Below the pieces are notes generated by a model, which was given only the letters and a program-made list of their open reading frames with translations, made no database searches and had not been told where the DNA came from. From the NCBI GenBank assembly GCA_040751795.1, contig JBFMHR010000002.1, positions 128,001 through 192,000 of the forward strand: DNA of 64,000 nt, read 5' to 3'. The stretch is from Thermoplasmatota archaeon. GTDB lineage: Archaea > Thermoplasmatota > Thermoplasmata > UBA10834. Below, piece after piece: positions 9,643 through 19,374 of this stretch. Position numbers and translations under genes: made by a program. Each line of letters opens with the position of its first letter. The stretch's first letter is position 1.

Positions 9643-11103
9643 TCACTCCGATGCCTTGCCCTGCTGCTTGTCGATCTCCGAGATCTCCTCTTCGGGGGTC
9701 CTCTTCCTCGGCTTCTTGATCGAGCCAGGTATCATGAGGTTCATGAACCTCTCGAAGTACATCTTCTCCCTGAGGACCTCCTCCCTCTCGTTCTCGAGGT
9801 TGGCCACGGCCCCGAGCGACTCCGCGCCGAGCCCGAAGGACTCCATCCTGAGCTTGTCCAGGTCCCCCGCCAGTGCGGCCTCGTGCACCTCGAGCCTCTT
9901 GCCTATGCGCTCCATCGCGAGCCCCAGGAGCATCTTCTCGAGGAGCGCGACCTGCTCCTCCTTGGTCTTCTTGGAGAGGAGCATCTTCGCTGCCTCGTCC
10001 TTGAACTGGAGCCTCGCGCCGGCGTGCTCCTCGTCGGTCCTCATGACCCATAGCATCGGGTGCTCGGGGGAGTTGAACGTCACCTTCTCGGGCACGAGCG
10101 TCTCGGCGGAGATCTTCGTGGCCGGGTCCCCCGAGGAGTGGTATATCGCGTAGAAGCTCATGCGCTCGAGGAAGTTCACCTCGAGGAACTCCCTCCTGTT
10201 CTTCTCGAGGATGGTCAGCTCCCCCTTCGCCATCTCCTCGAGTATGGCCGCGGGGGTGGCGTTGGGCTTCGAGTCCCCGAGGTACCTGGACGCGCCCATG
10301 ATGCACCTCAGCGGCTCGTAGGACCTCGTCATCCAGAAGGACGGAGGGTAGGTGGTCCACGGCCTCCTCTTGTCCGGCTCGTCCTCCTTCTTCACCTTCA
10401 GCTTGGAGAAGGAGAACTCGGAGAACTGGTAGCGTATCCTGCCGTCGGCCCTCTCGAGCACGCCGCTCGGGACGCCCTCCTTCGAGACTATCCTGTCCGC
10501 CCAGAAGCCGAGGTCCTTCCTCAGCTGCGGCCTCGTGACCTCGCCATGGCGCCCGATGTAGCTGAGGACCTTCCTCCTCGTGGGGGTGACGAGCCAGCTG
10601 AGCCAGAGGACGAATGTCTTGGGCGAGTCGATGTACGGCACGGGCAGGATGGTGTGGTCGGCCGCGGTCCCCCACGCCGGCAGGACCGCCTGTCCGGGCG
10701 TGTGGGCGAAGGTCCTGTCCAGGAAGACGTTCAGGGCGACCTCGTCCTCCTCCTCGGAGAAGTCCCGCACCGGCGAGGGCTCGATCCTCAGGTCCGAGTT
10801 GAGGAAGTAGTAGTTCTGCCTCTTCGAGGTGACGGGGAGGAGGACGCCGCAGTCGACCCCCTTCGCGAGCAGGGTCCTCATCTGGACTTTCGACTTGTCC
10901 TTGAGGGACCTCGTCTGGGCGCTGAGGGACAGCCTCCTCATGGAGTCGGTCATCGGGCTGCGCTCGATCTCCCTCCTGGTGAGCGGCTGCCTGTGCAGCA
11001 GCGCGTACACGACGGCCCTCGAGACGTTGTTGGTCAGGAACTCTCCGATCTCTGTAGCCTTCTGCTTCTGAACAGGCAAGACCTGCGGTGACATCCCATC
11101 CAC
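9643..11103 (-). CDS. Hypothetical protein; two putative winged-helix segments and a C-terminal coiled coil
   Basis: 486-aa ORF with normal coding composition; segments VSRAVVYALLHRQPLTRREI and PTRRKVLSYIGRHGEVTRPQL look wHTH-like. Confidence 0.65.
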   Translation of the reverse strand: MDGMSPQVLPVQKQKATEIGEFLTNNVSRAVVYALLHRQPLTRREIERSPMTDSMRRLSLSAQTRSLKDKSKVQMRTLLAKGVDCGVLLPVTSKRQNYYFLNSDLRIEPSPVRDFSEEEDEVALNVFLDRTFAHTPGQAVLPAWGTAADHTILPVPYIDSPKTFVLWLSWLVTPTRRKVLSYIGRHGEVTRPQLRKDLGFWADRIVSKEGVPSGVLERADGRIRYQFSEFSFSKLKVKKEDEPDKRRPWTTYPPSFWMTRSYEPLRCIMGASRYLGDSKPNATPAAILEEMAKGELTILEKNRREFLEVNFLERMSFYAIYHSSGDPATKISAETLVPEKVTFNSPEHPMLWVMRTDEEHAGARLQFKDEAAKMLLSKKTKEEQVALLEKMLLGLAMERIGKRLEVHEAALAGDLDKLRMESFGLGAESLGAVANLENEREEVLREKMYFERFMNLMIPGSIKKPRKRTPEEEISEIDKQQGKASE

Positions 11104-11199
11104 CTCTACTGCCCTTTTTAATTCAAAACGAGTTATGGCTATTTAGAAGTATGCTCAGAATGGTATGAACATGGGGCTGGAACCCATTCCGCCATCGCA

Positions 11200-12378
11200 T
11201 CAGTAGAACCGGCGTGAGGCCTGCGCCTCCTCCTCCACCAGGATCTTGCGCTTCCCGAGCTCCCGGAAGAACGGCTCCGGCTCTATGCACGCCTCGGGGG
11301 GCAGTGTGCCCCTCTCCTTGATTCTCCCGTTGGCGAGCCAGTCAGCCGTTATCGAGGGCGGGACGGCCGTGTCCCTCCCCGAGGGGGCTCCGGTCTCCCT
11401 GTCGTTCCAGGTCCTCACGAAGTATGTGGCCTGCGCGGGCGCCCCGTCCCTCTGGCCGGTGACGTCCACCCTGAAGAAGTCGTACTCGTCCACGCCCTCG
11501 GACGAGTCCCTGGACGAGGCCACGGCGTCGAGGTACATGGATGTTATGAACTCCTTCGGCGACACCCTCTTCCCGCGAACGTCTATCTCCCTCTCGCTGC
11601 CGAACCCGAGCTGGGCCAGGGTCTTGAAGGTCGCGAAGTCGTTCGGGGGGAAGCCGATCCTGAAGCTCACGTTCCTCGTCCCCTTGCCTATGAAGTCGGC
11701 CATCGTGGCCGGCTCCGAGTGCTTGATGTAGTACGCGACGACCTTCCCCGCTGGCTCCGGCATCCAGACCTCCGTCCTGCCTGACAGCACCGGCATCCTG
11801 GTCTTCACGCCGTCCTTCACCACGGGCGGCTCCTGGGTCAGCTCGTCCAGAACGGTCCTCACCGAGTAAGACGGCATCGACGCCCTGTCGCTCCCCGCCT
11901 TCGTGCCCCAGGTGCAGTAGATGTCGATCGTGTCGACCTTGTCCATCCTCCTGGCGCCGGCCGCCCCGCATATGTTCGTGATGCCTGGCGAGGAGCCGAT
12001 CCCGAGGACGCAGGTCACACCCGCGTCCTTCGCCTTCCTGTCGTACTTGAGCTGCTGGAACGTGAAGTCGTAGAACCCGCCGAGGTCGCCGTAGTGTGCG
12101 CCCAGGTCTATGGCCACGGGCATGACCTTGATGTTCAGCTCGTACCAGGCGGAGTTGAGGACCACGTCGGCCCCCTTCGCCGCCCTCCTCAGCTCGTCCT
12201 TGTCGGCCGCGTCCAGCTTGACCGGCGTGACATGCTCCTTGGACACGGACTCGGCGACCTTCTTCGCCCTCTCCAGGCTCAGGTCGCCGGCGACCACGTC
12301 GGCGCCGTACGACTCTACGAGGTCCCTGACGGTCATCGCGCCCATCTGTCCGGATGCGCCTACGACAAGCACCTTCAT
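11200..12378 (-). CDS. Saccharopine dehydrogenase / lysine 6-dehydrogenase family oxidoreductase
   Basis: Rossmann GASGQMG, HYGDLGG, GIGSSPGITN, HSE, GTLPPE. Confidence 0.85.
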   Translation of the reverse strand: MKVLVVGASGQMGAMTVRDLVESYGADVVAGDLSLERAKKVAESVSKEHVTPVKLDAADKDELRRAAKGADVVLNSAWYELNIKVMPVAIDLGAHYGDLGGFYDFTFQQLKYDRKAKDAGVTCVLGIGSSPGITNICGAAGARRMDKVDTIDIYCTWGTKAGSDRASMPSYSVRTVLDELTQEPPVVKDGVKTRMPVLSGRTEVWMPEPAGKVVAYYIKHSEPATMADFIGKGTRNVSFRIGFPPNDFATFKTLAQLGFGSEREIDVRGKRVSPKEFITSMYLDAVASSRDSSEGVDEYDFFRVDVTGQRDGAPAQATYFVRTWNDRETGAPSGRDTAVPPSITADWLANGRIKERGTLPPEACIEPEPFFRELGKRKILVEEEAQASRRFY

Positions 12379-12449
12379 GCTACCTCTCCCCACGCTGCTG
12401 ACCGTTAGAGCGAACGCTTACTTAGCGTTGTCCCTGGGCGGGGCCCCGG

Positions 12450-13571
12450 TCACATGGACCGCAGCCTTGACGCGACCGCGTCCCCCACGGCCGATGTGGA
12501 CGCGCTCCCTCCGATGTCGGCCGTCATGTGCCTCCCGCCCGCGAGGACGTCCCGGACCGCGCGCTCCATGTCCCTCGCGGCCTCGGGGTGCCCGAGGGCC
12601 TTCATCATGAGCGCCGAGGACAGTATCGCGCCGACGGGGTTCGCCAGGCCCTTGCCGGCGATGTCCGGGGCGGAGCCGTGGACGGGCTCGAACATGCTCA
12701 CGCCCCCGGGGTTGATGTTCCCCGAGGGGGCGAAGCCGAGGCCGCCCTGGAGCGCCGCGCCGAGGTCCGTGAGTATGTCGCCGAAGAGATTCGGCGTCAC
12801 GAGGACGCCGAACCGCTCGGGGCTCCTGACCATGTGGAGGGCGACCGCGTCGACGTACAGGAACTCCCTGTCCATCCCGTGCCGCTTGGACGCGCGCTCG
12901 ACCGCCTCGCGCCAGAGCCCGTACACCTCCGTGAGGACGTTCGCCTTGTCGACCGACGTCACCATGCGCAGGCCCTTCTCCTTGGCCAGCCCGAAGGCGA
13001 AGTCGACCACCCGGTCGGCGCCGCCCTTGGTGACCACGCCGATCTGGAAGGCCAGCTCGTCCTCGTCCCTGAGGTCGATGCCGACGTCGAACTTGGCCTC
13101 GTAGGCCCTCCTCACGAGGTCGAGGTCCGCGCGCGACCTCCCGCGCCCGACCCTCCCGCCCAGGCCGACGTAGAAGTCCTCCGTGTTCTCCCTCACGAAG
13201 GTCATGTCGACCTTCCTGTCCCTCCCGGCCAGCGGGCCGGGCACGCCCTCGAAGAGCTGGACGGGCCTGAGGTTGACGTACTGGTCGAAGTGGAACCTGA
13301 GCCTGAGAAGCACACCCTTCTCGAGCACCCCCGGCTTCACCCTGGGGTCGCCCATGGCACCGAGCAGTAGGGCGTGCTTCTCCCCGAGCCTGGAGACGGT
13401 CTCGTCGGAGAGGACCTCTCCGGTCCTGAGGTAGTGGGCCGCCCCGAGGGGGAACTCCTCGAAGTCGATGGACGCGCCGCACCTCTCGCATGCGACGTCC
13501 AGCACCCTCCGCGCCTCCCTGACCACCTCCGGGCCGATGCCGTCGCCCGGTATGACGCCTACCTTCTGCAA
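12450..13571 (-). CDS. leuB: 3-isopropylmalate dehydrogenase
   Basis: IPGDGIGPEV, YVNLRP, RENTED, VDKANVL, NLFGDILTD, MFEPVHGSAPDIAG; probable TTG start. Confidence 0.88.
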   Translation of the reverse strand: MQKVGVIPGDGIGPEVVREARRVLDVACERCGASIDFEEFPLGAAHYLRTGEVLSDETVSRLGEKHALLLGAMGDPRVKPGVLEKGVLLRLRFHFDQYVNLRPVQLFEGVPGPLAGRDRKVDMTFVRENTEDFYVGLGGRVGRGRSRADLDLVRRAYEAKFDVGIDLRDEDELAFQIGVVTKGGADRVVDFAFGLAKEKGLRMVTSVDKANVLTEVYGLWREAVERASKRHGMDREFLYVDAVALHMVRSPERFGVLVTPNLFGDILTDLGAALQGGLGFAPSGNINPGGVSMFEPVHGSAPDIAGKGLANPVGAILSSALMMKALGHPEAARDMERAVRDVLAGGRHMTADIGGSASTSAVGDAVASRLRSM

Positions 13572-14056
13572 CCCAACATCTCCTTGGTGTAGGGGACGAG
13601 GCCCCCCTTCTCGATGAGCATCATCACGAACGGCGGGTAGCTGGCGAAGGTGGTCTCCTCGCCTGTGGACTCGTTCCTGACGACCCCCTTCCCGAGGTCG
13701 ACCGACACGACGTCGCCCCTCTTCGCCGCCAGCCTCGCCTCTACTAGCGGGAGTCCTATGTTGATCGAGTTCCTGAAGAATATCCGCGCGAAGGACTCCG
13801 CGACGACGCACGAGACGCCCGCCCCCATCAGCGCCCTCGGGGCGTGCTCCCTGCTCGACCCGCAGCCGAAGTTCCTGCCGGCCACGACGATGTCGCCGGT
13901 CCTGACCTCCGCCGGGAACTCCGGCGCGACCTTGGAGAACGCGAACTTCGCGAGCTCCCTGTTGTCCATGGTCACCAGGTGCTCGGCCGGGATTATCTGG
14001 TCGGTGTCGACGTTGTCGCCGAATGTCCATGCGCCGCCCCTGAGGGTCCCCTTCAT
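13559..14056 (-). CDS. leuD: 3-isopropylmalate dehydratase small subunit
   Basis: GDNVDTDQIIP, NFGCGSSREHA, SFARIFFRN. Confidence 0.92.
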   Translation of the reverse strand: MKGTLRGGAWTFGDNVDTDQIIPAEHLVTMDNRELAKFAFSKVAPEFPAEVRTGDIVVAGRNFGCGSSREHAPRALMGAGVSCVVAESFARIFFRNSINIGLPLVEARLAAKRGDVVSVDLGKGVVRNESTGEETTFASYPPFVMMLIEKGGLVPYTKEMLGCRR

Positions 14057-15306
14057 CCGACCACCTCCGACGGGTCGACGATCCTGCCGGCGACCGCGCT
14101 GGCTGCGACGACAGCGGGGCTGGCCAGGTACACCTCTGAGTCCTTGTGGCCCATCCTCCCGACGAAGTTCCTGTTGGTGGTGCTGACGCACCTCTCGCCA
14201 GGTGCGAGGACGCCCATGTACCCGCCGAGGCACGCGCCGCAGGTCGGGCCGGAGATGTACGCGCCCGCCTCGGAGAAGACCTTGAACAGCCCTTCGGCCG
14301 AGGCCTGGTCGAACACCTGCTTGCTGGCCGGGACGACGAGGAGCCTCACACCCTCCTTGACCTTCCTGCCCCTGAGTATCGCGGCCGCGACCCTCAGGTC
14401 CTCTATCCTCCCGTTGGTGCACGAGCCGAGGTACGCCTGGTCTATCTCCACGCCGACCTCGCTGGCCGGCGCCACGTTGCTCGGGAGGTAGGGCTTCGCG
14501 ACCACGGGGACGATGTCCTCGGCCGCGTACTCCTGCGATTCGGCGTAAGCCGCCTCCGGGTCGGCCAGGACCTTCGAGTACGGCCCCCTGACCCTCCCCT
14601 TGAGGTACTCGTCCACCTTCGCATCGGGGGGGACGATGCACGCCTTCGCCCCTGCCTCGATGCCCATGTTGGAGATCGTGACCCGGTCGGAGACGGAGAG
14701 CCCTGACACCGCGGTGCCCTGGACCTCCATCGACCTGTAGAGGGCGCCCTCGACGCCAATGTCTCCGATTATGGTGAGTATGACGTCCTTGCCCATGACG
14801 TGCCTGCCCAGCTGGCCGTCGACCGTGAACCTCATCGACTCCGGGACCTTGAACCAGAGCACGCCCCTGGCGAATACGGTCGCAGCCTCGGTGCTGCCCA
14901 TCCCCGTGGCGAAGGCGCCCAGCGCGCCGTACGAGCAGGTGTGCGAGTCGGCCCCGACTATGAGCCTCCCGGGGGCGACGAACCCCGCCTCGATCATGAC
15001 CTGGTGGCATACCCCGCCGGAGCCGACCTCGAAGTAGTTGCGTACCCCGTGCCTCTTGGCGAAGGAGCGCATCTTCTTCGCCTGGACCGCGGATGCGACG
15101 TCCTTGTTGGGGACGTAGTGGTCCGGGATGAGCACGACCTTCTTCTCTAGCATCGGCGTGCACATCCCCTCGAACTCGTCGATGGCGGCAGGCGCGGTGA
15201 TGTCGTTGACCATCACGTAGTCGACCTCGGCCTCCACTATCTCCCCGGGGGAGACGTCCCTCTGGGCCTTGGCGGACAGTATCTTCTCAGCAATCGTCCT
15301 GGGCAT
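14053..15306 (-). CDS. leuC: 3-isopropylmalate dehydratase large subunit
   Basis: TIAEKIL, GADSHTCSYGA, GSCTNGR, CGACLG, STTNRNF. Confidence 0.92.
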   Translation of the reverse strand: MPRTIAEKILSAKAQRDVSPGEIVEAEVDYVMVNDITAPAAIDEFEGMCTPMLEKKVVLIPDHYVPNKDVASAVQAKKMRSFAKRHGVRNYFEVGSGGVCHQVMIEAGFVAPGRLIVGADSHTCSYGALGAFATGMGSTEAATVFARGVLWFKVPESMRFTVDGQLGRHVMGKDVILTIIGDIGVEGALYRSMEVQGTAVSGLSVSDRVTISNMGIEAGAKACIVPPDAKVDEYLKGRVRGPYSKVLADPEAAYAESQEYAAEDIVPVVAKPYLPSNVAPASEVGVEIDQAYLGSCTNGRIEDLRVAAAILRGRKVKEGVRLLVVPASKQVFDQASAEGLFKVFSEAGAYISGPTCGACLGGYMGVLAPGERCVSTTNRNFVGRMGHKDSEVYLASPAVVAASAVAGRIVDPSEVVG

Positions 15307-15337
15307 CCCTAGACCTCCATCGATGGTCATCCCCGAT

Positions 15338-16978
15338 TCAGTAGGCCTTCCTCTTAGTCTTGTCGCCATTGCACCTGAGCTTGTGGGCCCAGAGTCTGTT
15401 CAGCCCCTCGATGGTCGCGTCCACGCTGGTCGTGACGATGTCGGAGCCGACGCTCTTCCCCAGGGCCAGCAGCTGCGCGTCCTCGCAGTCCCCCAGCTTC
15501 ACGGTGACCTCGCAGAGCGCGTTGGAGCCGCCGGTTATGGCCTCGAGCCTGAACTGCTTGAGGACGATGTTCTTCGACACCGCGGTGCGTATCGCGCTGA
15601 GGCTGGCGTCGATCGGGCCCACGCCGGTCTCCGACGCCCTCCTCACCTCGCCGTCGATGTTGAGCACCACGGTCGCGGTCGGCGTGAAGTTGAGGCCGGT
15701 GAACACGGTGAACTCCTCGAGCCTGATCACCGGCTCCATCTCCTGGCCCATGACGTCGTATGCGACCGCCAGCAGCTCCGCGTCGTCCAGCTTCTTCCCC
15801 GACTCCGCGTACTTCTTCACCCTGACGACGACCTCCTTCATCTGCTCCGGGGCGAGGTCGAGGCCGTACTCCTTGAGCTTGTTCTGTACCGCATGGACGC
15901 CCGAGTGCTTCCCGACGACGAGCGTCCTCTCCTTGCCCACTATCTCGGGGCGCATCGGCTCGTAGGTCGACGACTCGCTCAGCACGCCGTGCACATGTAT
16001 CCCCGCCTCGTGCGAGAACGCGTTCTCGCCGACTATGGCCTTGTTCGGCTGGACCGCGATGCCCGTGAGCTGCGACACCAGCCTCGACACGAAGGCCATC
16101 TTGCGGGTGTTGATCCTCGTCCTGAGGCCGTAGAACGCCTGGAGGCCCATGACGACCTCCTCCATGGCGGCGTTGCCGGCCCTCTCGCCGAGCCCGTTGA
16201 CGGTCACGTGGACCTCCTCCGCCCCCCCGAGCACCCCCGCCAGGGAGTTGGCCACGGAGAGGCCGAAGTCGTCGTGGCAGTGGACAGCGAGCGGGACCTT
16301 CGTGCCCTTCCTGACCTCGGCCACGAACTGCATCATCGCCTGTGGCGTCATGACGCCCACGGTATCCGGGATGTCGATCCTGTCGACCCCCGCGCCCTCG
16401 ACGGCCTTGTGCACGACGCCGAGGAAAGAGAGGTCGGTCCTGGTCGCGTCCTCGCAGCTGAACTCGACGACGAGGCCGTGCTGCTTGGCGTACTGGACGG
16501 CGGCCACGGCCTTCTCGACCGCCTCCTGCTGGGTGATCTTCAGCTTCTTCTCGAGGTGGACCTTGGACGTCGCGAGGAATATGTGGACCGAGTCGACGTC
16601 GCAGGCGAGGGCCGCGTCTATGTCCTGCGGGGCGGCCCTGCACAGGCTGCACACCTCGCTCTTCAGGCCGGCGCCCGCGATCCTCTTGACCGCCTCCGCC
16701 TCCCCCTCCGAGTTGACGGCGAAGCCAGCCTCGATGATGTCCGCCCCGAGCTCGTCCAGCGCCTGGGCGATCTTCAGCTTGTCGTCCACCGACAGCGCGA
16801 CGTTGGGCGTCTGCTCCCCGTCCCTCAGGGTCGTGTCGAGTATCTTGACCCTCTCAGGCATCCTGGTCGCCTGGAAGATCTGCTTGTTGTACTCGCTCAC
16901 GAACACGCCGGCATCGGGTACCCTGAACCCGGCCTCTTCGCCCGGTCTAGCACTCTCACTCGGAGCTTGTGTTGGCAT
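15338..16978 (-). CDS. leuA: 2-isopropylmalate synthase (LeuA/CimA family, with regulatory domain)
   Basis: DTTLRDGEQ, HCHDD, GLGERAGNA, HEAGIH, GPID; first gene of leuCDB operon. Confidence 0.82.
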   Translation of the reverse strand: MPTQAPSESARPGEEAGFRVPDAGVFVSEYNKQIFQATRMPERVKILDTTLRDGEQTPNVALSVDDKLKIAQALDELGADIIEAGFAVNSEGEAEAVKRIAGAGLKSEVCSLCRAAPQDIDAALACDVDSVHIFLATSKVHLEKKLKITQQEAVEKAVAAVQYAKQHGLVVEFSCEDATRTDLSFLGVVHKAVEGAGVDRIDIPDTVGVMTPQAMMQFVAEVRKGTKVPLAVHCHDDFGLSVANSLAGVLGGAEEVHVTVNGLGERAGNAAMEEVVMGLQAFYGLRTRINTRKMAFVSRLVSQLTGIAVQPNKAIVGENAFSHEAGIHVHGVLSESSTYEPMRPEIVGKERTLVVGKHSGVHAVQNKLKEYGLDLAPEQMKEVVVRVKKYAESGKKLDDAELLAVAYDVMGQEMEPVIRLEEFTVFTGLNFTPTATVVLNIDGEVRRASETGVGPIDASLSAIRTAVSKNIVLKQFRLEAITGGSNALCEVTVKLGDCEDAQLLALGKSVGSDIVTTSVDATIEGLNRLWAHKLRCNGDKTKRKAY

Positions 16979-17012
16979 CAAAACACTCTCCAAAAAACCC
17001 TCACTGCAGCAC

Positions 17013-17072
17013 TTAGGCTAGGAGAAGCAGCCCCAAGGGCAGAATAAGCGGCGCGTTGCTCTGTGGTGCCAT
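17013..17072 (-). CDS. Putative Leu-rich leader peptide MAPQSNAPLILPLGLLLLA
   Basis: ATG at 17072 six nt after GGAGG; 7 Leu codons including consecutive CTG CTT CTC CTA; TAA ends 34 nt before the leuA ATG. Confidence 0.75.
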   Translation of the reverse strand: MAPQSNAPLILPLGLLLLA

Positions 17073-17138
17073 TCCTTGCCTCCGTGTTCAGCGGGTCCAC
17101 GCCTTCTGGGCGTGACAGAGTTCCTCATGGTCTCGACC

Positions 17139-17146
17139 AATATAAA
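17139..17146 (-). promoter_or_regulatory. TATA box of leu leader/operon
   Basis: TTTATATT on minus strand in a GC-rich background, upstream of the leader ORF. Confidence 0.6.
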
Positions 17147-17273
17147 TGTTTGGAGTTCGCGGGGCCAGCCAGGCGCCCCCGCACGGTGGACATTTCTGTG
17201 CAACCGCGCGCGCTGGCCCTGCCGTCCCGGACCCTGCAAGACTAGAAATAGGCTGACCTTTGTACAGCGGTCG

Positions 17274-18101
17274 ATGGCCAAGGCCAAGCGCTCTGTGGCT
17301 TTCCAGGGCGAGAGGGGCGCGTACTCGGAGGACGCGTGCATCATGTACTTCGGCGCCAGGGTCGACGCGAGGCCCTACCCGGACTTCCACTCCGCGTTCG
17401 TGGCGGTGGAGAGGGACGAGGTGTCGCACGCCGTCGTGCCCATCGAGAACTCCATCGAGGGGAGCGTCACCCAGGTCAACGACCTCCTCCTGGACCACGA
17501 CCTCACGATCGTCGGGGAGGTGATCGTCCCCGTGAAGCACTGCCTCATGGCGCGCGAAGGGGCGACCCTGGAGTCGATCAAGGAGGTCTTCAGCCACCCC
17601 CAGGCCCTGGGCCAGTGCAGGAAGTTCCTCCAGAACCACCCTGGTTGGAGGACGATAGCCTCCTACGACACCGCCGGCAGCGCCCGGATGGTCGCGGAGT
17701 CGAAGAGGACGGACGTCGCCGCCATTGCGAGCAGGCGGGCCGCGGCCGTGTACGGGCTCAAGGTCCTCAAGGAGGACATCCAGAGCGAGGACGCGAACTT
17801 CACCCGGTTCTTCGTCCTCGAGAAGAACCCCGGGCCCGTCGAGGGCGCGAACAAGACGTCAATAGTGTTCGCGACGAAGAACGCACCCGGGGCGCTGCAC
17901 AGGTGCCTGGGCGAGTTCGCGTCGCGGGGAGTCAACCTCTCGAAGCTCGAGTCCAGGCCCAGGCGGAACAAGCCGTGGGTCTACGTCTTCTACGCGGACA
18001 TCGACGGGAGCATGGACGACCCCGACTGCCACGCCGCAGTCGGCGGGCTGCTGAAGACCGGGGCGTTCGTGAAGGTGCTCGGCTCGTACAAGAAGGCCTG
18101 A
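17274..18101 (+). CDS. pheA: Prephenate dehydratase
   Basis: FQGERGAYSE, VPIENSIEGSV, SHPQALGQC, NFTRF, PGAL, LSKLESRP. Confidence 0.95.
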   Translation: MAKAKRSVAFQGERGAYSEDACIMYFGARVDARPYPDFHSAFVAVERDEVSHAVVPIENSIEGSVTQVNDLLLDHDLTIVGEVIVPVKHCLMAREGATLESIKEVFSHPQALGQCRKFLQNHPGWRTIASYDTAGSARMVAESKRTDVAAIASRRAAAVYGLKVLKEDIQSEDANFTRFFVLEKNPGPVEGANKTSIVFATKNAPGALHRCLGEFASRGVNLSKLESRPRRNKPWVYVFYADIDGSMDDPDCHAAVGGLLKTGAFVKVLGSYKKA

Positions 18102-18156
18102 ACGAGAAACGGGGAATGGGTTTTCGGAAGGGGTTTGCGGTCCCGCTCGTCCGGCG

Positions 18157-19374
18157 TCAGGCCACCTTGACGGGCTCGTCCAGGCCCCAAGTCCTCCCGT
18201 AGAAGTGGGAGAAGGCCTCGACGAAGTCGTACCAGCTCGTCTCGGTCGCGAAGGGCACGTCGATGTAGTCGTCCTTGAGGTGGTGCATGCCCTCGTTGGT
18301 CGTCGGCAGGTATATCGCCATCCCGCTGGACTTGTAGTTGTGGTCCCCGTTGATGCAGGCGAATATCCCGTCGTCGATGGCCCGGCTCATCATCGCGGCA
18401 GCCTCCTTGATTCCCTCGTCGTCTATGACCGCGTCGCCGAACAGGTTGTCCGCGAAGCCCTTGAGGTCGATGTTGTACGGGTAGTAGTACTCCTGGGCCA
18501 GGATCGCGTCCCTCTGGATGTTGTTCATGTAGGTGAACAGCCCGTCGAGGAGCTCGGTCCCGAGGTAGTCCACGGCCGCCTTGACGTCGTCCATGTACTC
18601 CATGTCGAAGGCGCTGATTGTGACGTCCTTCACGTTCAGCTCCGCGTAGAACCCGGCGTACTCCTCGACTATGACGGTCGAGAGGTCCCTGCCGTCCATT
18701 TCGGCGTCGTCGACCAGTGCCCGCGCGATGTCGTTGTACGGGTAGCCCTGTCCGGGGACGGTCTCCTCGCTGAAGACGACGTAGTCGGCGTAGTCCCTCA
18801 CCTGGTACGCGACCTCGGGCATCGCCATCAGGCAGAGGTCGAACCCGACGACGTCCATCACCTCGCCGGCGCCCGCGACGGCGTCCCGGAGCTCGGCCAT
18901 CGTGATGCAGTCGTCGACGCCGGTCTCGTCCAGCGTGGTGTCGTCCCAGCAGAGGCCCCTCCAGCCGCCGCCGTGGTCCCACAGGACGAGCGCGTACTTC
19001 TCGGCGGGGTATTCATCGCAGCATATCTCGATGAACTCCTCAAGGATGGTCGGGTCGGCCATGTTGACCTCCTTCGGGTAGCCGTAGGAGGCCCCGACCG
19101 AGATCGAATCGCCCTGCTCCACGTAGAGGAGGTCCGCGTCCTCCCCGTAGGTGTCGATGAGCACCACGAAGTTCACCTCGCCGTTCGAGCCGACCTCCTC
19201 GAGCCAGCCCAGGTTGAGCAACCCGTACGTCTCGAGGTTGTTGTCGGCGTCCAGGTACACCATGAAAGTCCATTTCGCGTCCGCATCTCCGGCCGAGGAC
19301 GACGCTGGCGTCATGAGGATCGCCATCATCGCGACCGCGGCCACAGCTCCGTATCTCAAGGATTCCCTATTCAC
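18157..19374 (-). CDS. Secreted clostripain-related cysteine peptidase (C11)
   Basis: Signal peptide, WTFMVYLDADNNL, LVLWDHGGGW (His), GFDLCLMA (Cys), SEE; probable GTG start. Confidence 0.88.
   Translation of the reverse strand: MNRESLRYGAVAAVAMMAILMTPASSSAGDADAKWTFMVYLDADNNLETYGLLNLGWLEEVGSNGEVNFVVLIDTYGEDADLLYVEQGDSISVGASYGYPKEVNMADPTILEEFIEICCDEYPAEKYALVLWDHGGGWRGLCWDDTTLDETGVDDCITMAELRDAVAGAGEVMDVVGFDLCLMAMPEVAYQVRDYADYVVFSEETVPGQGYPYNDIARALVDDAEMDGRDLSTVIVEEYAGFYAELNVKDVTISAFDMEYMDDVKAAVDYLGTELLDGLFTYMNNIQRDAILAQEYYYPYNIDLKGFADNLFGDAVIDDEGIKEAAAMMSRAIDDGIFACINGDHNYKSSGMAIYLPTTNEGMHHLKDDYIDVPFATETSWYDFVEAFSHFYGRTWGLDEPVKVA

Noticed and set aside
17146-17256. Possible Phe leader peptide upstream of pheA
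   Set aside because: Only two scattered Phe codons, no SD, and the ATG overlaps the TATA-like box
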